This document shows, piece by piece, positions 48,855 to 60,571 of a stretch of 64,000 nucleotides of DNA. The translations under genes were made by a program, and so were the position numbers. The stretch comes from Hallerella sp. (GTDB lineage Bacteria > Bacillota_I > Bacilli_A > RFN20 > CAG-826), in assembly GCA_963648925.1 (NCBI GenBank), contig CAVJFO010000009.1:25696-89695 (forward strand), given 5' to 3'. Position 1 is the first letter of the stretch. Each line of letters starts with the position of its first letter. The notes under the pieces are model-generated. The model saw only the letters and a program-made list of their open reading frames with translations, was not told the origin of the DNA and did not search any database.

Positions 48855-49005
48855 TCTTAAGGGCCATTAATTTGACCCTTTTTCTTCGCCTTTAAAACGA
48901 AGTCTAGTTTTATTTTTCTTTCCCACACGCTAGTCTAAAGAATATAATCTTAAAGCCCGGTACTAGGCATTTGGCTTAGACTGGAGTAGGAGAAAATATA
49001 AGTCC

Positions 49006-49770
49006 ATGTTACTAACAATCGACATCGGGAATACCCTGATTGATATTGGAATATGGGATGATGAAAATCTCGTTTACGTCTACAAATGTAGAACTAAACC
49101 GATTCGTTCCCTTGACGAATACAAAAGTGTAGTCGAGCTTTTCATAATGACTAAACACTTAGAGAAGGAGAAGATAGATAGAGCGATAATCTCGTCTGTT
49201 GTTCCTCCTTTAAGCCCAATATTCCGCTCAATTGTCTCTTCCCTATTTGGCGTAAAAGCCAAACTTTTAGGCCCAAGGTTAAAAACCGGAATGGCCATTA
49301 AAACCGACAACCCCCAAGAAGTAGGGGCTGATTTAGTCGCCGATTCAATCGGAGCGATCTCTCTTTTTGAGAAAAACATTTTCATTGCCGATCTGGGGAC
49401 GGCAAATAAGTTCATCTATATCGATGAAAACGGATCTTTTGCTGGGTGTGCAATAGCCCCGGGCTTAGGAATGGGCGCTTCAACCTTATCAAAAGACACA
49501 GCAGCTCTTCCAGAAGTTAACCTTCTTGCGCCTGATCATGTCATTGGCAAAAACACCCATGACTCAATGAATTCCGGAATCATTTATACAAATGTATATT
49601 CAATAAGAGGCTTCTTAAATTCTTTTTCAGAAGAATCTTCGAGGCCTTTAAAAGCAGTTCTAACTGGCGGGAATGCTATTTATGTAAAAAGATATTTGCC
49701 AGAATTTGCCTATGAGGAAAACCTCCTTTTGCTAGGCTTAAAAGAAATAGATAAGAGGAATAGAAAATGA
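49006..49770 (+). CDS. coaX: type III pantothenate kinase
   Basis: 254 aa with LLTIDIGNT, VGADLVA, IADLGTA and the acetate/sugar-kinase fold pattern. Confidence 0.88.
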   Translation: MLLTIDIGNTLIDIGIWDDENLVYVYKCRTKPIRSLDEYKSVVELFIMTKHLEKEKIDRAIISSVVPPLSPIFRSIVSSLFGVKAKLLGPRLKTGMAIKTDNPQEVGADLVADSIGAISLFEKNIFIADLGTANKFIYIDENGSFAGCAIAPGLGMGASTLSKDTAALPEVNLLAPDHVIGKNTHDSMNSGIIYTNVYSIRGFLNSFSEESSRPLKAVLTGGNAIYVKRYLPEFAYEENLLLLGLKEIDKRNRK

Positions 49771-50453
49771 ATTTTAATACCATAGCTTTTTGGGCAATAT
49801 CCCTAATATGGGTTGCCTTACTTTTAATTTCGCTTCATAAAGAGAACGTTTCAAACAAAGAAGGAATCAAAGTCCAAGATATAACCTTCCATGCTTTGAT
49901 TATCGCTTTAATCGTCGTAATGGGTTTTGTTCCTGAGGCCGGATATATTTCCTTTGTTCCAGGAATTTCCTTCTCATTAGTTCACCTTCCTGTTTTGATT
50001 GGATCGTATAGAAAGGGCTGGAAAGGCGGCCTGATTTATGGCATAGCCTTTGGAATCACTTCCTGGATTCAGGCAATGATGAACCCTGTTGGCTTTAATG
50101 CTCTCTTTATTGTTCCGTGGGTTTCCGTACTTTCAAGAGCGATTTTTGGCTTTTTAGCCGGTTTGGTCTTTGATTTACTACGTAAAAACTCTAAACTATA
50201 TAAGAACGTGTTTGTGATCGCGGGATTTTCGTTCGTTCTAACGATCTTGCACACCGTTCTAGTATTTGCTGATTTATTCACCTTCTACCCAGAAACGATG
50301 ATTGGTTATTTCACCTCAACGTCTCCGGCTGCGGAAGGAGTTGCATTTACTTTCGTTGCCATAATCGCTTTAGGAATGTTAGGAGAGGCAAGCCTTGCCG
50401 CCATAATTAATCCGCTTGTATCTAAGGCCTTGGCAAAAATTGGTAGAAAATGA
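49767..50453 (+). CDS. ECF-transporter substrate-specific (S) component, possibly pantothenate-specific
   Basis: 228 aa, about 6 TM helices with S-component-like features (HLPVLIGSYRKGWKGGLIYG, SRAIFGFLAG). 4-nt overlap with coaX. The specificity is inferred only from this linkage. Confidence 0.55.
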   Translation: MNFNTIAFWAISLIWVALLLISLHKENVSNKEGIKVQDITFHALIIALIVVMGFVPEAGYISFVPGISFSLVHLPVLIGSYRKGWKGGLIYGIAFGITSWIQAMMNPVGFNALFIVPWVSVLSRAIFGFLAGLVFDLLRKNSKLYKNVFVIAGFSFVLTILHTVLVFADLFTFYPETMIGYFTSTSPAAEGVAFTFVAIIALGMLGEASLAAIINPLVSKALAKIGRK

Positions 50454-50466
50454 TTTAGGAGAAAAC

Positions 50467-51822
50467 ATGCCAAATTTCAAAAAACTAGCGAAAGGGTATG
50501 AAAAAGATGCCGTCTTAGCCCTTCAAAAATTTATAAGGATTCCTTCAGTTTATGACGCACATACCATAAAAGAAGGACAGCCTTTTGGAGAAAACGTCAA
50601 AAAAGCATTAGATTATTTTGCTAAAGTTGGCAAAGATTACGGCTTTAAGGTGACAAATGTCGACGGATATGCTGTCGAACTCGAAATAGGAGATGAAAAT
50701 GCCCCATTGATCGGCATTTACGGACATTCCGACGTCGTTCCTGTTTCTGGGACATGGGATAATCCCCCTTTCTCTGCCACTTTGAAAGATGGCGAAATTT
50801 ATGGTCGTGGATCCTTTGATGACAAAGGTCCTCTCATGGCTTCCTTATATGCCACAAAACTTTTAAAAGACAACGGGCTTTTAAAAGGATATCGCGTAAA
50901 AATCGTTTCTGGCGGAGATGAAGAAAGAGGATCTTCCTGCCTTAAATACTATTTTGAAAAATTCCATGGCGAAGCCCCAAAATACGGCTTTACCCCTGAT
51001 GCCAATTGGCCGCTTATTTACGCGGAAAAGGGCATCACCCACGGAAGCTTAAATAAGAAAATCGATCTTAACCCAATTGTTGCAATCGATGGGGGAACGG
51101 TTACAAACGCCGTTTGCGATTCTCTCTTAGTCACACTTTTCCCAGATGAGAAATTGGTTAAATATCTCAAGGATAACAAGGTTGCCGCGGATATAAATTC
51201 CACAAAAGACATCCTTATCGTCCGTTTCATCGGAAAAACAGCCCATGGCTCAACTCCAGAACTTGGCGTTTCTGCTGCCAAGATTGCCTTTGAAACACTT
51301 GGAAAATTCTACAAGAACGAATTCTTAAGCAAACTTGCCTCAGCCTTTGATAACAATGGCAAAATCTTTAACGGATATAGCAATTCAACCGAACTTGGCG
51401 AATCCACGTTCAATTTCGGGGTTATCAAATATATGAATGGCAATCTTTCGGTATCGGTTGATTATCGTTATGGCGAAAATGCCAAACCAGAAGAAGCCAC
51501 AAAAAACCTCTCTTCCTTTGTGAACATGGATTTTGTCACAGACTCAGTCGCACCATATCTTTTATATGATAAGAAATCCCCTCTCGTTTCAACTTTGATG
51601 AAAGCCTTCAAAGCCGAAACCCTTCAATTATTCGCTAAACCAATCGCCATTGGTGGTGGAACATATGCAAAAGAAGCACCAAATACCGTCGCCTTTGGCG
51701 CAGAATGGCCAAAACGTCCAGGTGGAATGCACTCTCCAAACGAGCATATGAATGTTAAAGACTATATTCAAGACATTGCCATTTACGCTCGTGCGATTTA
51801 TATGTTAGGTAACTTAAAGTGA
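50467..51822 (+). CDS. pepV: M20-family dipeptidase (PepV / Sapep type)
   Basis: Start at ATG 50467 (AGGAG SD). IGIYGHSDVVPV, RGSFDDKGP, GGDEERGS and GGGTYA. Confidence 0.85.
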   Translation: MPNFKKLAKGYEKDAVLALQKFIRIPSVYDAHTIKEGQPFGENVKKALDYFAKVGKDYGFKVTNVDGYAVELEIGDENAPLIGIYGHSDVVPVSGTWDNPPFSATLKDGEIYGRGSFDDKGPLMASLYATKLLKDNGLLKGYRVKIVSGGDEERGSSCLKYYFEKFHGEAPKYGFTPDANWPLIYAEKGITHGSLNKKIDLNPIVAIDGGTVTNAVCDSLLVTLFPDEKLVKYLKDNKVAADINSTKDILIVRFIGKTAHGSTPELGVSAAKIAFETLGKFYKNEFLSKLASAFDNNGKIFNGYSNSTELGESTFNFGVIKYMNGNLSVSVDYRYGENAKPEEATKNLSSFVNMDFVTDSVAPYLLYDKKSPLVSTLMKAFKAETLQLFAKPIAIGGGTYAKEAPNTVAFGAEWPKRPGGMHSPNEHMNVKDYIQDIAIYARAIYMLGNLK

Positions 51823-52442
51823 GAGGTCGTTTTAAAAAATGGGCGTCCCCGTATCTTGAAGGACATGGGGAATTAGTCTTAAAAGAAATAAATACCGAAG
51901 ATTCTTTCTGGAAAGCGAACGATCTTCGTCTTGAAGTTGGCTCAGGAAAAGGTGATTTTGTAATAGGGATGGCGAAGAAAAATCCTTCGGCAAATTTCCT
52001 TGCAATCGAAAAAGAAACATCAATCGCAGGGATTTTAGCAAAAAAAGTCGTGGAATCTGAGTTAAGCAATATCCGCGTGATCAACGGAGATTTCGACATC
52101 CTTCTCCCAGAACTTCAAAAACTAAAATTCAACGTAGTTTATCTAAATTTCTCTGATCCTTGGCCAAAAAAGAGACATGAGAAAAGACGTTTAACAAATA
52201 GAAAGCGTCTTGAACAATTCGCCTCTTTATTAAAAGATGATGGAGAATTGAGAGTCAAAACCGATAATGACTCGCTATATGCTTATAGTTTGGAAGAAAT
52301 CGTTTTCTCTCCATTTGAAATATACCTAAATGAGGAAAATTACGTTTTCGATGAAGAAAACGACGTTGCCTCCGAATATGAGAAAAATTTCCGTTCGCAA
52401 GGAAAAAGCATTCATCGAATTTTGATGAAAAAGAAGAAGTAA
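51819..52442 (+). CDS. trmB: tRNA (guanine46-N7)-methyltransferase
   Basis: 207 aa with LEVGSGKGDF and NFSDPWPKKRHEKRR. Confidence 0.92.
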   Translation: MRGRFKKWASPYLEGHGELVLKEINTEDSFWKANDLRLEVGSGKGDFVIGMAKKNPSANFLAIEKETSIAGILAKKVVESELSNIRVINGDFDILLPELQKLKFNVVYLNFSDPWPKKRHEKRRLTNRKRLEQFASLLKDDGELRVKTDNDSLYAYSLEEIVFSPFEIYLNEENYVFDEENDVASEYEKNFRSQGKSIHRILMKKKK

Positions 52443-52452
52443 AGGAGCGAAT

Positions 52453-53055
52453 ATGTATCGTTTATTTTATGATTTTGAAAGCAATGGAGATGTCCTCTTC
52501 GTTGTTATCTCCCCAGAAAAGAAACCTGATGAAATCAAAACCAATGGAGATGTCACCTGCTTATATGCCAATAAAGAATTAGTGGGAATCAACATTTTCA
52601 ATGTATCGAGGGTTGCCAAGCTAAAGTCCCATGGAGCAATTTTTGCCCCTGATAGCTTACTTTTAGAAACTATCAACAATATTTTGGCTAATTCAGGTGC
52701 TCCAAAACTTGAAGAATCCAACGATTCCGGATTCAAAGTTCTTTCAATAAGCAACCTTGAGGAGCATCCTCTTGATGAAAAAGCCCAAATTGTCACCTTA
52801 AAAGGTACAAACGAGAAAACATATCAAGCCGTTTCCTATTATAAGAATTTAACTATTGGGGAAAAGGTTGTTTGTGCACTTGATGGAACAATCCTTTATG
52901 ATGGATCGCTTTTCAGCAAAAAGTCCGTGAAAAATATTCCAGTGGACGTAACGCTTTGCTCAGGAAAAGAACTTAAAGTCTCTGACTCCTTCCAAGAAGC
53001 TTTCATCCCTGAAGGATATACTGAAGGTGAAGATTTCTTCTATCCAAATAACTAG
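52453..53055 (+). CDS. ytpR: YtpR-like tRNA-binding domain protein
   Basis: 200 aa. N-terminal DUF4479-like region (GDVLFVVI...) and a C-terminal OB-fold tRNA-binding-like part (KVLSISNLEEHPLDEKAQIVTL). Confidence 0.6.
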   Translation: MYRLFYDFESNGDVLFVVISPEKKPDEIKTNGDVTCLYANKELVGINIFNVSRVAKLKSHGAIFAPDSLLLETINNILANSGAPKLEESNDSGFKVLSISNLEEHPLDEKAQIVTLKGTNEKTYQAVSYYKNLTIGEKVVCALDGTILYDGSLFSKKSVKNIPVDVTLCSGKELKVSDSFQEAFIPEGYTEGEDFFYPNN

Positions 53056-53064
53056 GAGATCATT

Positions 53065-54582
53065 ATGAGCAAGATAAAAGTAGAGCCTTATCTTCCTGAT
53101 GAAGATTACGATAACCCAGCGATGGTCACTGATTTTTATGAATTCAGCATGGCCAACTGCCTCTTTTTGCATGGCTTCAAAGATAAAGTCATGGTTTTTG
53201 ACATGTTTTTCAGGGAAAACCCTGACGATCTTGGCTACTCAATTTCAGCAGGACAAGCCAAATTAACGAAGTTTTTACTTGAATACCATTTCACCGAACG
53301 TGACCTCATTTACCTAAAAACAAAAGGAATGTCCGATGAATTCCTTGAATATCTTTCCACTTATAGATGGAAAGGAAGCATGCACGCTTTAAAAGAAGGA
53401 ACGGTTTGCTACCCTCAAGTTCCGATGGTACGCATAGAATGCGACATGGTCGGAGCTATCCTTATTGAAACATACCTTCTTCAAACGATGAATTTCCATT
53501 CCTTAATCGCCACTAAAGCGACAAGGATTTCGGGCTTAGCGACCCACACGAAAAGAAATGTCATGGAATTTGGCACGCGCCGCGCTCAAGGGGAATCGGC
53601 TGGAAATGATGGTGCTTACGCAGCGATTTTAGGCGGATGCGTCGGAACGGCAAACTGTCTTGCTGAGATGAAATATGGCCCTGAAGTTAAGGCGGTTGGA
53701 ACAGTCGCACATTCATTCATTGAATTCTTCCCTGATGAATTAAGCGCTTTTAGAGCCTTTGCTGAAACTTATCCAAATAACGTCTCACTTTTGCTTGATA
53801 CATATTCGGTTTTTGATTCGGGATTGCCTAATCTTATTAAGATAGACGATGAAATGATTGCAAAATATCCGGATGATCCAAATAAACGCGTTAAAGCGGC
53901 CCGTATTGACTCTGGCGATTTGGCTAGATCATATAAGCGTCTTAGAAAAGCGCTCGATAAAGCAGGAAAGCCTTATATCAAATTGGTCGCCTCAAATTCC
54001 CTTGATGAAAAGAAGATTCGCTCAATGGAAATATACGAAGACGCTCATTTTGATTCCTATGGAGTTGGAGAAAATCTCATAACATCAAGAACCGACCCAG
54101 TTTTTGGCGGAGTTTATAAGCTTGTCGCCATCAAAGAAGATGATGGAACATATTCTCCAAAGATGAAATGCTCTGATTCGGTCTCAAAAGCCATCATTCC
54201 AGGGAAACTTACCGCTTGGAGAGTCTTTGATGAGAATGATCAAGGGCAATGCGACATTATCTCAATGGATGATGAAATAGTAGAAGAAGGCAAACCAATC
54301 ATCGTTTACGATCTTTCTAACGACGCTTTCCATAAACGTCGTGAAATCATCCCTTTCAAAGTTGAGAAGATTCTCGTTCCATTTATCGAGAATGGCAAAC
54401 TTGTTGCTCCTCTTCCTTCAATCACCGAAAAAAGAGAATACATCAAGGATCAACTTGAAAACAGAGTCTGGGAATCAGAACTTCGTTTTGAGATGCCACA
54501 TACCCATTACGTTGACTTAACCGAAAAGGTGTATAAAACAAGAGAATCCCTTTATAGCGAATTCCACGGAGGATCACTTTAA
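53065..54582 (+). CDS. pncB: nicotinate phosphoribosyltransferase
   Basis: 505 aa with TDFYEFSMAN, EFGTRRAQG, GTVAHSFI and RIDSGDL. Confidence 0.9.
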   Translation: MSKIKVEPYLPDEDYDNPAMVTDFYEFSMANCLFLHGFKDKVMVFDMFFRENPDDLGYSISAGQAKLTKFLLEYHFTERDLIYLKTKGMSDEFLEYLSTYRWKGSMHALKEGTVCYPQVPMVRIECDMVGAILIETYLLQTMNFHSLIATKATRISGLATHTKRNVMEFGTRRAQGESAGNDGAYAAILGGCVGTANCLAEMKYGPEVKAVGTVAHSFIEFFPDELSAFRAFAETYPNNVSLLLDTYSVFDSGLPNLIKIDDEMIAKYPDDPNKRVKAARIDSGDLARSYKRLRKALDKAGKPYIKLVASNSLDEKKIRSMEIYEDAHFDSYGVGENLITSRTDPVFGGVYKLVAIKEDDGTYSPKMKCSDSVSKAIIPGKLTAWRVFDENDQGQCDIISMDDEIVEEGKPIIVYDLSNDAFHKRREIIPFKVEKILVPFIENGKLVAPLPSITEKREYIKDQLENRVWESELRFEMPHTHYVDLTEKVYKTRESLYSEFHGGSL

Positions 54583-54586
54583 GGAG

Positions 54587-54614
54587 AAGGCCTAATAACT
54601 ATGGGCCTTTTTTC
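54587..54614 (+). terminator. rho-independent terminator after pncB
   Basis: Stem AAGGCC (54587-54592) / GGCCTT (54604-54609), followed by a T-run. Confidence 0.6.
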
Positions 54615-54710
54615 TTTAAGGCGATTTCCAAAAAGTAAAAATAATGAAAAAAACATTGAAAATTTACAAATAAGTTTCATAATGAGAATGTAAATTTTAG
54701 GGGGTGTAAA

Positions 54711-55721
54711 ATGAATAATCTAAAAGACCGCGTTACTATTTACCAAGTCGCTCAAACTGCTGGAGTATCTTTAGCTACAGTTTCACGCGTCATCAACAAA
54801 CAAGGCAATGTCACTGAGGCCACAAGAGCAAAAGTCGAAGCAACAATTAAGAAATTAGGCTACAAACCAAGCGGGCTTGCTCAAGCGCTTGCCACTAATA
54901 AAACAACAAATATCGGCATTATCATTCCTGGAGCTAACTATGTTTATATTTCAAATATGCTTTCGGGAATTTCTGAAGTAGCAAAGCAAAAAGGCTTTGT
55001 TCTCACGCTTTTTACGACATCTCATTCACGTGAAGAAGCTCTTTCGATGATTGAAAAAGTCATTACAACTCACGTTGACGGAGCTATCATTTTCGATGAT
55101 GAGCTTGAAGTAGAAGACATCATGAAAATCAATTCATACTTTGTTCCAACAATCGTCGTAAATACCGTGCTTACTGGCGAAAAGGTCGGCTCAATCAAGT
55201 TCTCTTATGGTGAGGAATTGAAGAACATCATTCGTCATTATTATCAAGAAGGCGGAGATAAGGAAATGACATTCGTTCACGTTCATGATGGAGGACGTTT
55301 ATTGACACATTGCGAACATTGCTTTACCGAAGTCCAAGGAGAGCTCGGAAAGGAATATCATATCCTCAATTGCGATGATTCCTACACTCATACCTATTCC
55401 GATTTCTATGATCATTTCAAAAACAACCCGGAAACATCTAGAGGATATTACATTACCTATCGTGACTCCTTAGCTGCCGCCGTAATGAATGCGGCTTCCG
55501 ATGCCGGATTAAACGTTCCAGAGGATGTTGAAGTTCTCTCACTAGTCGGAACAAAATACGCTAAAATCGTTCGCCCAACTATCTCCTCTATGGATATAGA
55601 TATGCAAGAAGTAGGCAAACGCTCAATGCTTATGCTTACCGATCTTATCAATGATAACCTCGCCGAAAAGACTTGCCGCCTCGAAGCGAAGTTCAATAAG
55701 AGAGATTCCACAAAATATTAA
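54711..55721 (+). CDS. LacI-family transcriptional regulator (CcpA-like)
   Basis: 336 aa. HTH VTIYQVAQTAGVSLATVSRVIN followed by a periplasmic-binding-protein-like fold. The N-terminal ~90 aa align closely with my memory of CcpA. Confidence 0.85.
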   Translation: MNNLKDRVTIYQVAQTAGVSLATVSRVINKQGNVTEATRAKVEATIKKLGYKPSGLAQALATNKTTNIGIIIPGANYVYISNMLSGISEVAKQKGFVLTLFTTSHSREEALSMIEKVITTHVDGAIIFDDELEVEDIMKINSYFVPTIVVNTVLTGEKVGSIKFSYGEELKNIIRHYYQEGGDKEMTFVHVHDGGRLLTHCEHCFTEVQGELGKEYHILNCDDSYTHTYSDFYDHFKNNPETSRGYYITYRDSLAAAVMNAASDAGLNVPEDVEVLSLVGTKYAKIVRPTISSMDIDMQEVGKRSMLMLTDLINDNLAEKTCRLEAKFNKRDSTKY

Positions 55722-55741
55722 TCCATATTAATTAATCAAAA

Positions 55742-55772
55742 TTCTTAGGGTAAAACCTAGGAATTTTTTTTA
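55742..55772 (+). terminator. rho-independent terminator after the LacI-family gene
   Basis: Stem TTCTTAGG / CCTAGGAA (one G-U pair), 6-nt loop, T8. Confidence 0.65.
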
Positions 55773-55810
55773 ATTTTTTTCTTCGACAATTATGGGCTTT
55801 TAAAATTTTT

Positions 55811-55837
55811 TTAGCACTTGGCACTTGACAGTGCTAA
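55811..55837 (+). promoter_or_regulatory. CIRCE operator (HrcA binding site)
   Basis: TTAGCACTT-GGCACTTGA-CAGTGCTAA versus the consensus TTAGCACTC-N9-GAGTGCTAA. It lies 46 nt upstream of groES. Confidence 0.9.
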
Positions 55838-55853
55838 AAAAGAAAACTACATT
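55825..55853 (+). promoter_or_regulatory. candidate groESL promoter (-35 TTGACA inside CIRCE, 17-nt spacer, -10 TACATT)
   Basis: TTGACA at 55825-55830 and TACATT at 55848-55853. Confidence 0.4.
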
Positions 55854-55882
55854 AAATACCGTTAAGAAAAGGAGGTAGAAAA

Positions 55883-57804
<1,922 letters not shown>

Positions 57805-57822
57805 TCCCTAAAACGAAATTTA

Positions 57823-57854
57823 GACCCAATGGCTAAAACCTTTGGGCCTTTTTT
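57823..57854 (+). terminator. weak rho-independent terminator after groEL
   Basis: 5-6 bp stem (CCCAA/TTGGG plus a flanking G-C), 12-nt loop, T6. Confidence 0.4.
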
Positions 57855-57896
57855 ATACAATGTGTAAACGTTTTCTATCTTTAGAATGTTTATTTC

Positions 57897-57924
57897 TTGC
57901 TTAATGATTTTATTAAGATAAAAT
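57897..57924 (+). promoter_or_regulatory. candidate tyrS promoter (-35 TTGCTT, 16-nt spacer, -10 TAAAAT)
   Basis: TTGCTT at 57897-57902 and TAAAAT at 57919-57924. A GAGGT SD follows. Confidence 0.4.
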
Positions 57925-57945
57925 CTTACCTAGTGAGGTAAACTT

Positions 57946-59199
57946 ATGGAAAACATCGTCGATGAATTAAATTATCGCGGACTTATAGAGCAATATTCCA
58001 ATGAGGAAAACGTCCGCAAACTATTTGATAATAAAACAACCGTTTATTGCGGATTTGACCCTAGTGCATCATCTATGCACGTTGGTAACTATGTCATGAT
58101 TTCAATTTTGATGAGATTACAACGCGCTGGCCACAAGATTATTGCCGTTGTCGGAGGCGCTACTGGCATGATTGGAGATCCATCTGGCAAATCAGCGGAA
58201 AGAAATCTCCAAACCAAGGAGACTCTTGCTAAAAATACCGCCTCAATCAAGGCTCAATTAGAAAGATTCTTAGATTTATCAGACCCAGAAAAGGGCATGA
58301 TTCTTAATAACTACGACTGGCTTGGAGGAATCACGATGTTAGATTTCCTCCGTGACTATGGCAAATATTTCTCCGTTAACTACATGTTAAGCAAAGAAAT
58401 TGTCTCTTCACGCCTTGAAGCTGGCATCTCTTTTACCGAATTCGCTTATCAAATTCTCCAATCAGCGGATTTCCACACTTTATATAAAAAATATGATTGT
58501 AAGATCCAAATTGGCGGAAACGATCAATGGGGGAATCTTACAAGCGGCCTTCAATTAATTAGAAAGATCGAAGGGGAAAACGCTGACGCTGAGGCAATGA
58601 CTGCTCACTTAATCACAAGAGCGGATGGCAAAAAGTTTGGCAAATCAGAAAAAGGCGCCCTTTTCCTTAATCCTGAACTTACTTCCCCATATCAACTTTA
58701 TCAATATTTCTACAATACGACGGATGAAGATGCGATTAAATATCTTAAAGTCTTCACTTTCTTGACACGTGAGGAAATCGAAGATTGCACAAGAGAACAT
58801 CTTGCTGCCCCTGGTGCTCGTATCGCTCAAAAGAAGCTCGCTTATGAAGTAACGAAGGATATCCATGGAAAAGAAGCTGCAGAAGAAGCAATCTCTATGT
58901 CAAACGTTCTTTTCTCTGGCGAAGTTCAAAAATTAAACGAAAAACAAATCGAAGAAGTCCTTGGCTCATACACAAAAACTCCACTTGAAGGAGAAACGCC
59001 AATTCTTGATTTATTAGTCAAAACTGGCGCGGCAACATCAAAAACCCAAGCTAAGACTTTTATCCAACAAAACTCCGTTTCAATCAATGGAGAAAAGGTA
59101 ACTGACCTTAATAAAGTGATAACCGTTGAAGATACTATTGCAGGCAAATATATAATCATTCGCCGTGGCAAAAAGAACTATTATCTTGGCGTTTTCTAA
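57946..59199 (+). CDS. tyrS: tyrosyl-tRNA synthetase
   Basis: 417 aa with GFDPSASSMHVGN (HIGH), KFGKSE (KMSKS) and a C-terminal S4 domain. Confidence 0.96.
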   Translation: MENIVDELNYRGLIEQYSNEENVRKLFDNKTTVYCGFDPSASSMHVGNYVMISILMRLQRAGHKIIAVVGGATGMIGDPSGKSAERNLQTKETLAKNTASIKAQLERFLDLSDPEKGMILNNYDWLGGITMLDFLRDYGKYFSVNYMLSKEIVSSRLEAGISFTEFAYQILQSADFHTLYKKYDCKIQIGGNDQWGNLTSGLQLIRKIEGENADAEAMTAHLITRADGKKFGKSEKGALFLNPELTSPYQLYQYFYNTTDEDAIKYLKVFTFLTREEIEDCTREHLAAPGARIAQKKLAYEVTKDIHGKEAAEEAISMSNVLFSGEVQKLNEKQIEEVLGSYTKTPLEGETPILDLLVKTGAATSKTQAKTFIQQNSVSINGEKVTDLNKVITVEDTIAGKYIIIRRGKKNYYLGVF

Positions 59200-59212
59200 A
59201 ATATCTATCACG

Positions 59213-59240
59213 AAAAAGCCCGTAATATTGGGCTTTTTTC
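59213..59240 (+). terminator. rho-independent terminator after tyrS
   Basis: Stem AAGCCC (59216-59221) / GGGCTT (59230-59235), 8-nt loop, T-run. Confidence 0.75.
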
Positions 59241-59349
59241 TTTTTGCCATTCCATTGAAACCGTTTTCATAGATGATTTTTAATTCACCAATATAAATTG
59301 AACTATAATTTAGTTATCTCAAGCAATTGAGGAAAGGAAAAATCAAAAA

Positions 59350-60249
59350 ATGATCGAAGAAGCTATCTTGCTACTTTCGCTCCTCATCCCAAACGCTAAC
59401 AACGTGACGCAATACGAGATAGTCCCTATAGAGGACTACCAAACAAGTGTTGCAGACTCATCGTCTTTCACTAGAATCGGTGGAAGCGCTCTTCATCGCG
59501 TCCTTGAATGCGAGGACGGTTACGTCTATGACCAAATAGACATCTACAAGCACCCGTTTACGGAATCCTCTGACCTTTATCTATACAAGGTCACGGCTCA
59601 ATTTACCCCAGGCATTGTTGCCAACAATAATGGCACAAAGATGTCTAACGGCAAGTCGTTCAATTATTCCTATTTGCACAGCGGCTTTGTGCATGTCAGC
59701 GTCTACAAATACCAATACTTGGAGTATGGAGGAGATGTTTCCTACAAGGCAATCGCCCCGCTCTCAAACGAGGTGACGACGAGCGTCTCATCTACTTATG
59801 GGAAGACGTACACATCCTCATTTGGGACTGAAGTCGGCGTTTCAGTCGACAACATGGGCACAATCAGGGGTAACGCTGGAGTGTCAGCCTCATCATCGAT
59901 GGCTATCACGTATAGCAACTCAACCTCCTCGACGACTTCTGACCCCGTTCTCTCTGCCCAATATGCGGAGAATAGCACGACGAAAAAGACCGAGGCCCAA
60001 TGGAGCTTTTCCGTAGTCAACGGCATGTTCGCTGGTGCAAAGACATATTGGGTGACAACATATCTCCTTTTCGAGATGAGCAATCAGGTCTCGTATTTCA
60101 ATAGGGATGTATTTTGCAGCTATATCCATTTTTCTTTTAGCGGACAAACTTATTACTATACCGTAGATAGTTATGGCGAGCAGCAACTAAAATGGCGTAA
60201 AAGCTCTAAATCATACACAGCCGCCGATGGCGGAACTAATTTTGCGTGA
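59350..60249 (+). CDS. hypothetical Ser/Thr-rich protein; candidate beta-barrel pore-forming-toxin-like protein (aerolysin/ETX-MTX2- or leukocidin-like)
   Basis: 299 aa with clearly higher GC and G/C-ending codons than its neighbours. It has an N-terminal hydrophobic segment (AILLLSLLIP) but an acidic n-region. Residues ~142-196 form an amphipathic hairpin, SFGTEVGVSVD-turn-AGVSASSSMAITYS, flanked by S/T tracts. The fold assignment is inferred and was not searched. Confidence 0.45.
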   Translation: MIEEAILLLSLLIPNANNVTQYEIVPIEDYQTSVADSSSFTRIGGSALHRVLECEDGYVYDQIDIYKHPFTESSDLYLYKVTAQFTPGIVANNNGTKMSNGKSFNYSYLHSGFVHVSVYKYQYLEYGGDVSYKAIAPLSNEVTTSVSSTYGKTYTSSFGTEVGVSVDNMGTIRGNAGVSASSSMAITYSNSTSSTTSDPVLSAQYAENSTTKKTEAQWSFSVVNGMFAGAKTYWVTTYLLFEMSNQVSYFNRDVFCSYIHFSFSGQTYYYTVDSYGEQQLKWRKSSKSYTAADGGTNFA

Positions 60250-60260
60250 GGTTTTTATAT

Positions 60261-60524
60261 ATGAAAGAATTGACTAAAAACGTTTTGATTGTGCACATAA
60301 GCACTATAGTTGGATGGATTTTAGAAGAGGCTATGGGCCTCTCGGCTTACATATTCGGCCCATCAAGTGAAGGAAAATTCGCAAGTAAAAGTGTCGTTAA
60401 TTACTTTTTTAATTTCTTGTATTATGTTAATCCAGCAATCTATTTGCTGACACTTGCTTTCTTCATTGGCATCGCGATATATCAAGGCGTTACTCTGATT
60501 AAAGAGAAGAAGAAAAAGGAATAA
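60261..60524 (+). CDS. small two-TM membrane protein (87 aa), copy 1
   Basis: MKELTKNVLIVHISTIVGWILEEAMGLSAYIFGPSSEGKFASKSVVNYFFNFLYYVNPAIYLLTLAFFIGIAIYQGVTLIKEKKKKE. A GAGG SD lies 8 nt before ATG 60261 (the track's GTG 60246 is less likely). Confidence 0.65.
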   Translation: MKELTKNVLIVHISTIVGWILEEAMGLSAYIFGPSSEGKFASKSVVNYFFNFLYYVNPAIYLLTLAFFIGIAIYQGVTLIKEKKKKE

Positions 60525-60571
60525 CTGGCTTGTTGCGATGCCTATTTTTAAATTTCGCATGAGGTTTATAT

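Noticed and set aside
48855-49005. Possible terminator or structured RNA between leuS and coaX
   Set aside because: There is only a 5-bp stem (AAGGG/CCCTT) with a 12-nt loop, plus a distant 7-bp complementarity (AGTCTAA/TTAGACT). This is too weak to call.
57805-57945. Possible T-box leader upstream of tyrS (also checked at leuS, 46434-46445)
   Set aside because: The tyrS upstream region is only ~140 nt. It holds a terminator for groEL and a promoter, and has no T-box consensus (AANNNGGGTGGTACCGCG-like) or specifier/antiterminator architecture. leuS has only a 12-nt gap.
59796-60186. Cluster of overlapping ORFs (59796-60083 minus, 59798-60016 plus, 59920-60186 minus) inside the 299-aa gene
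   Set aside because: These are explained by the locally elevated GC, which gives fewer stop codons. They have no SDs, and their translations are Arg/Pro-rich nonsense typical of off-frame reading.
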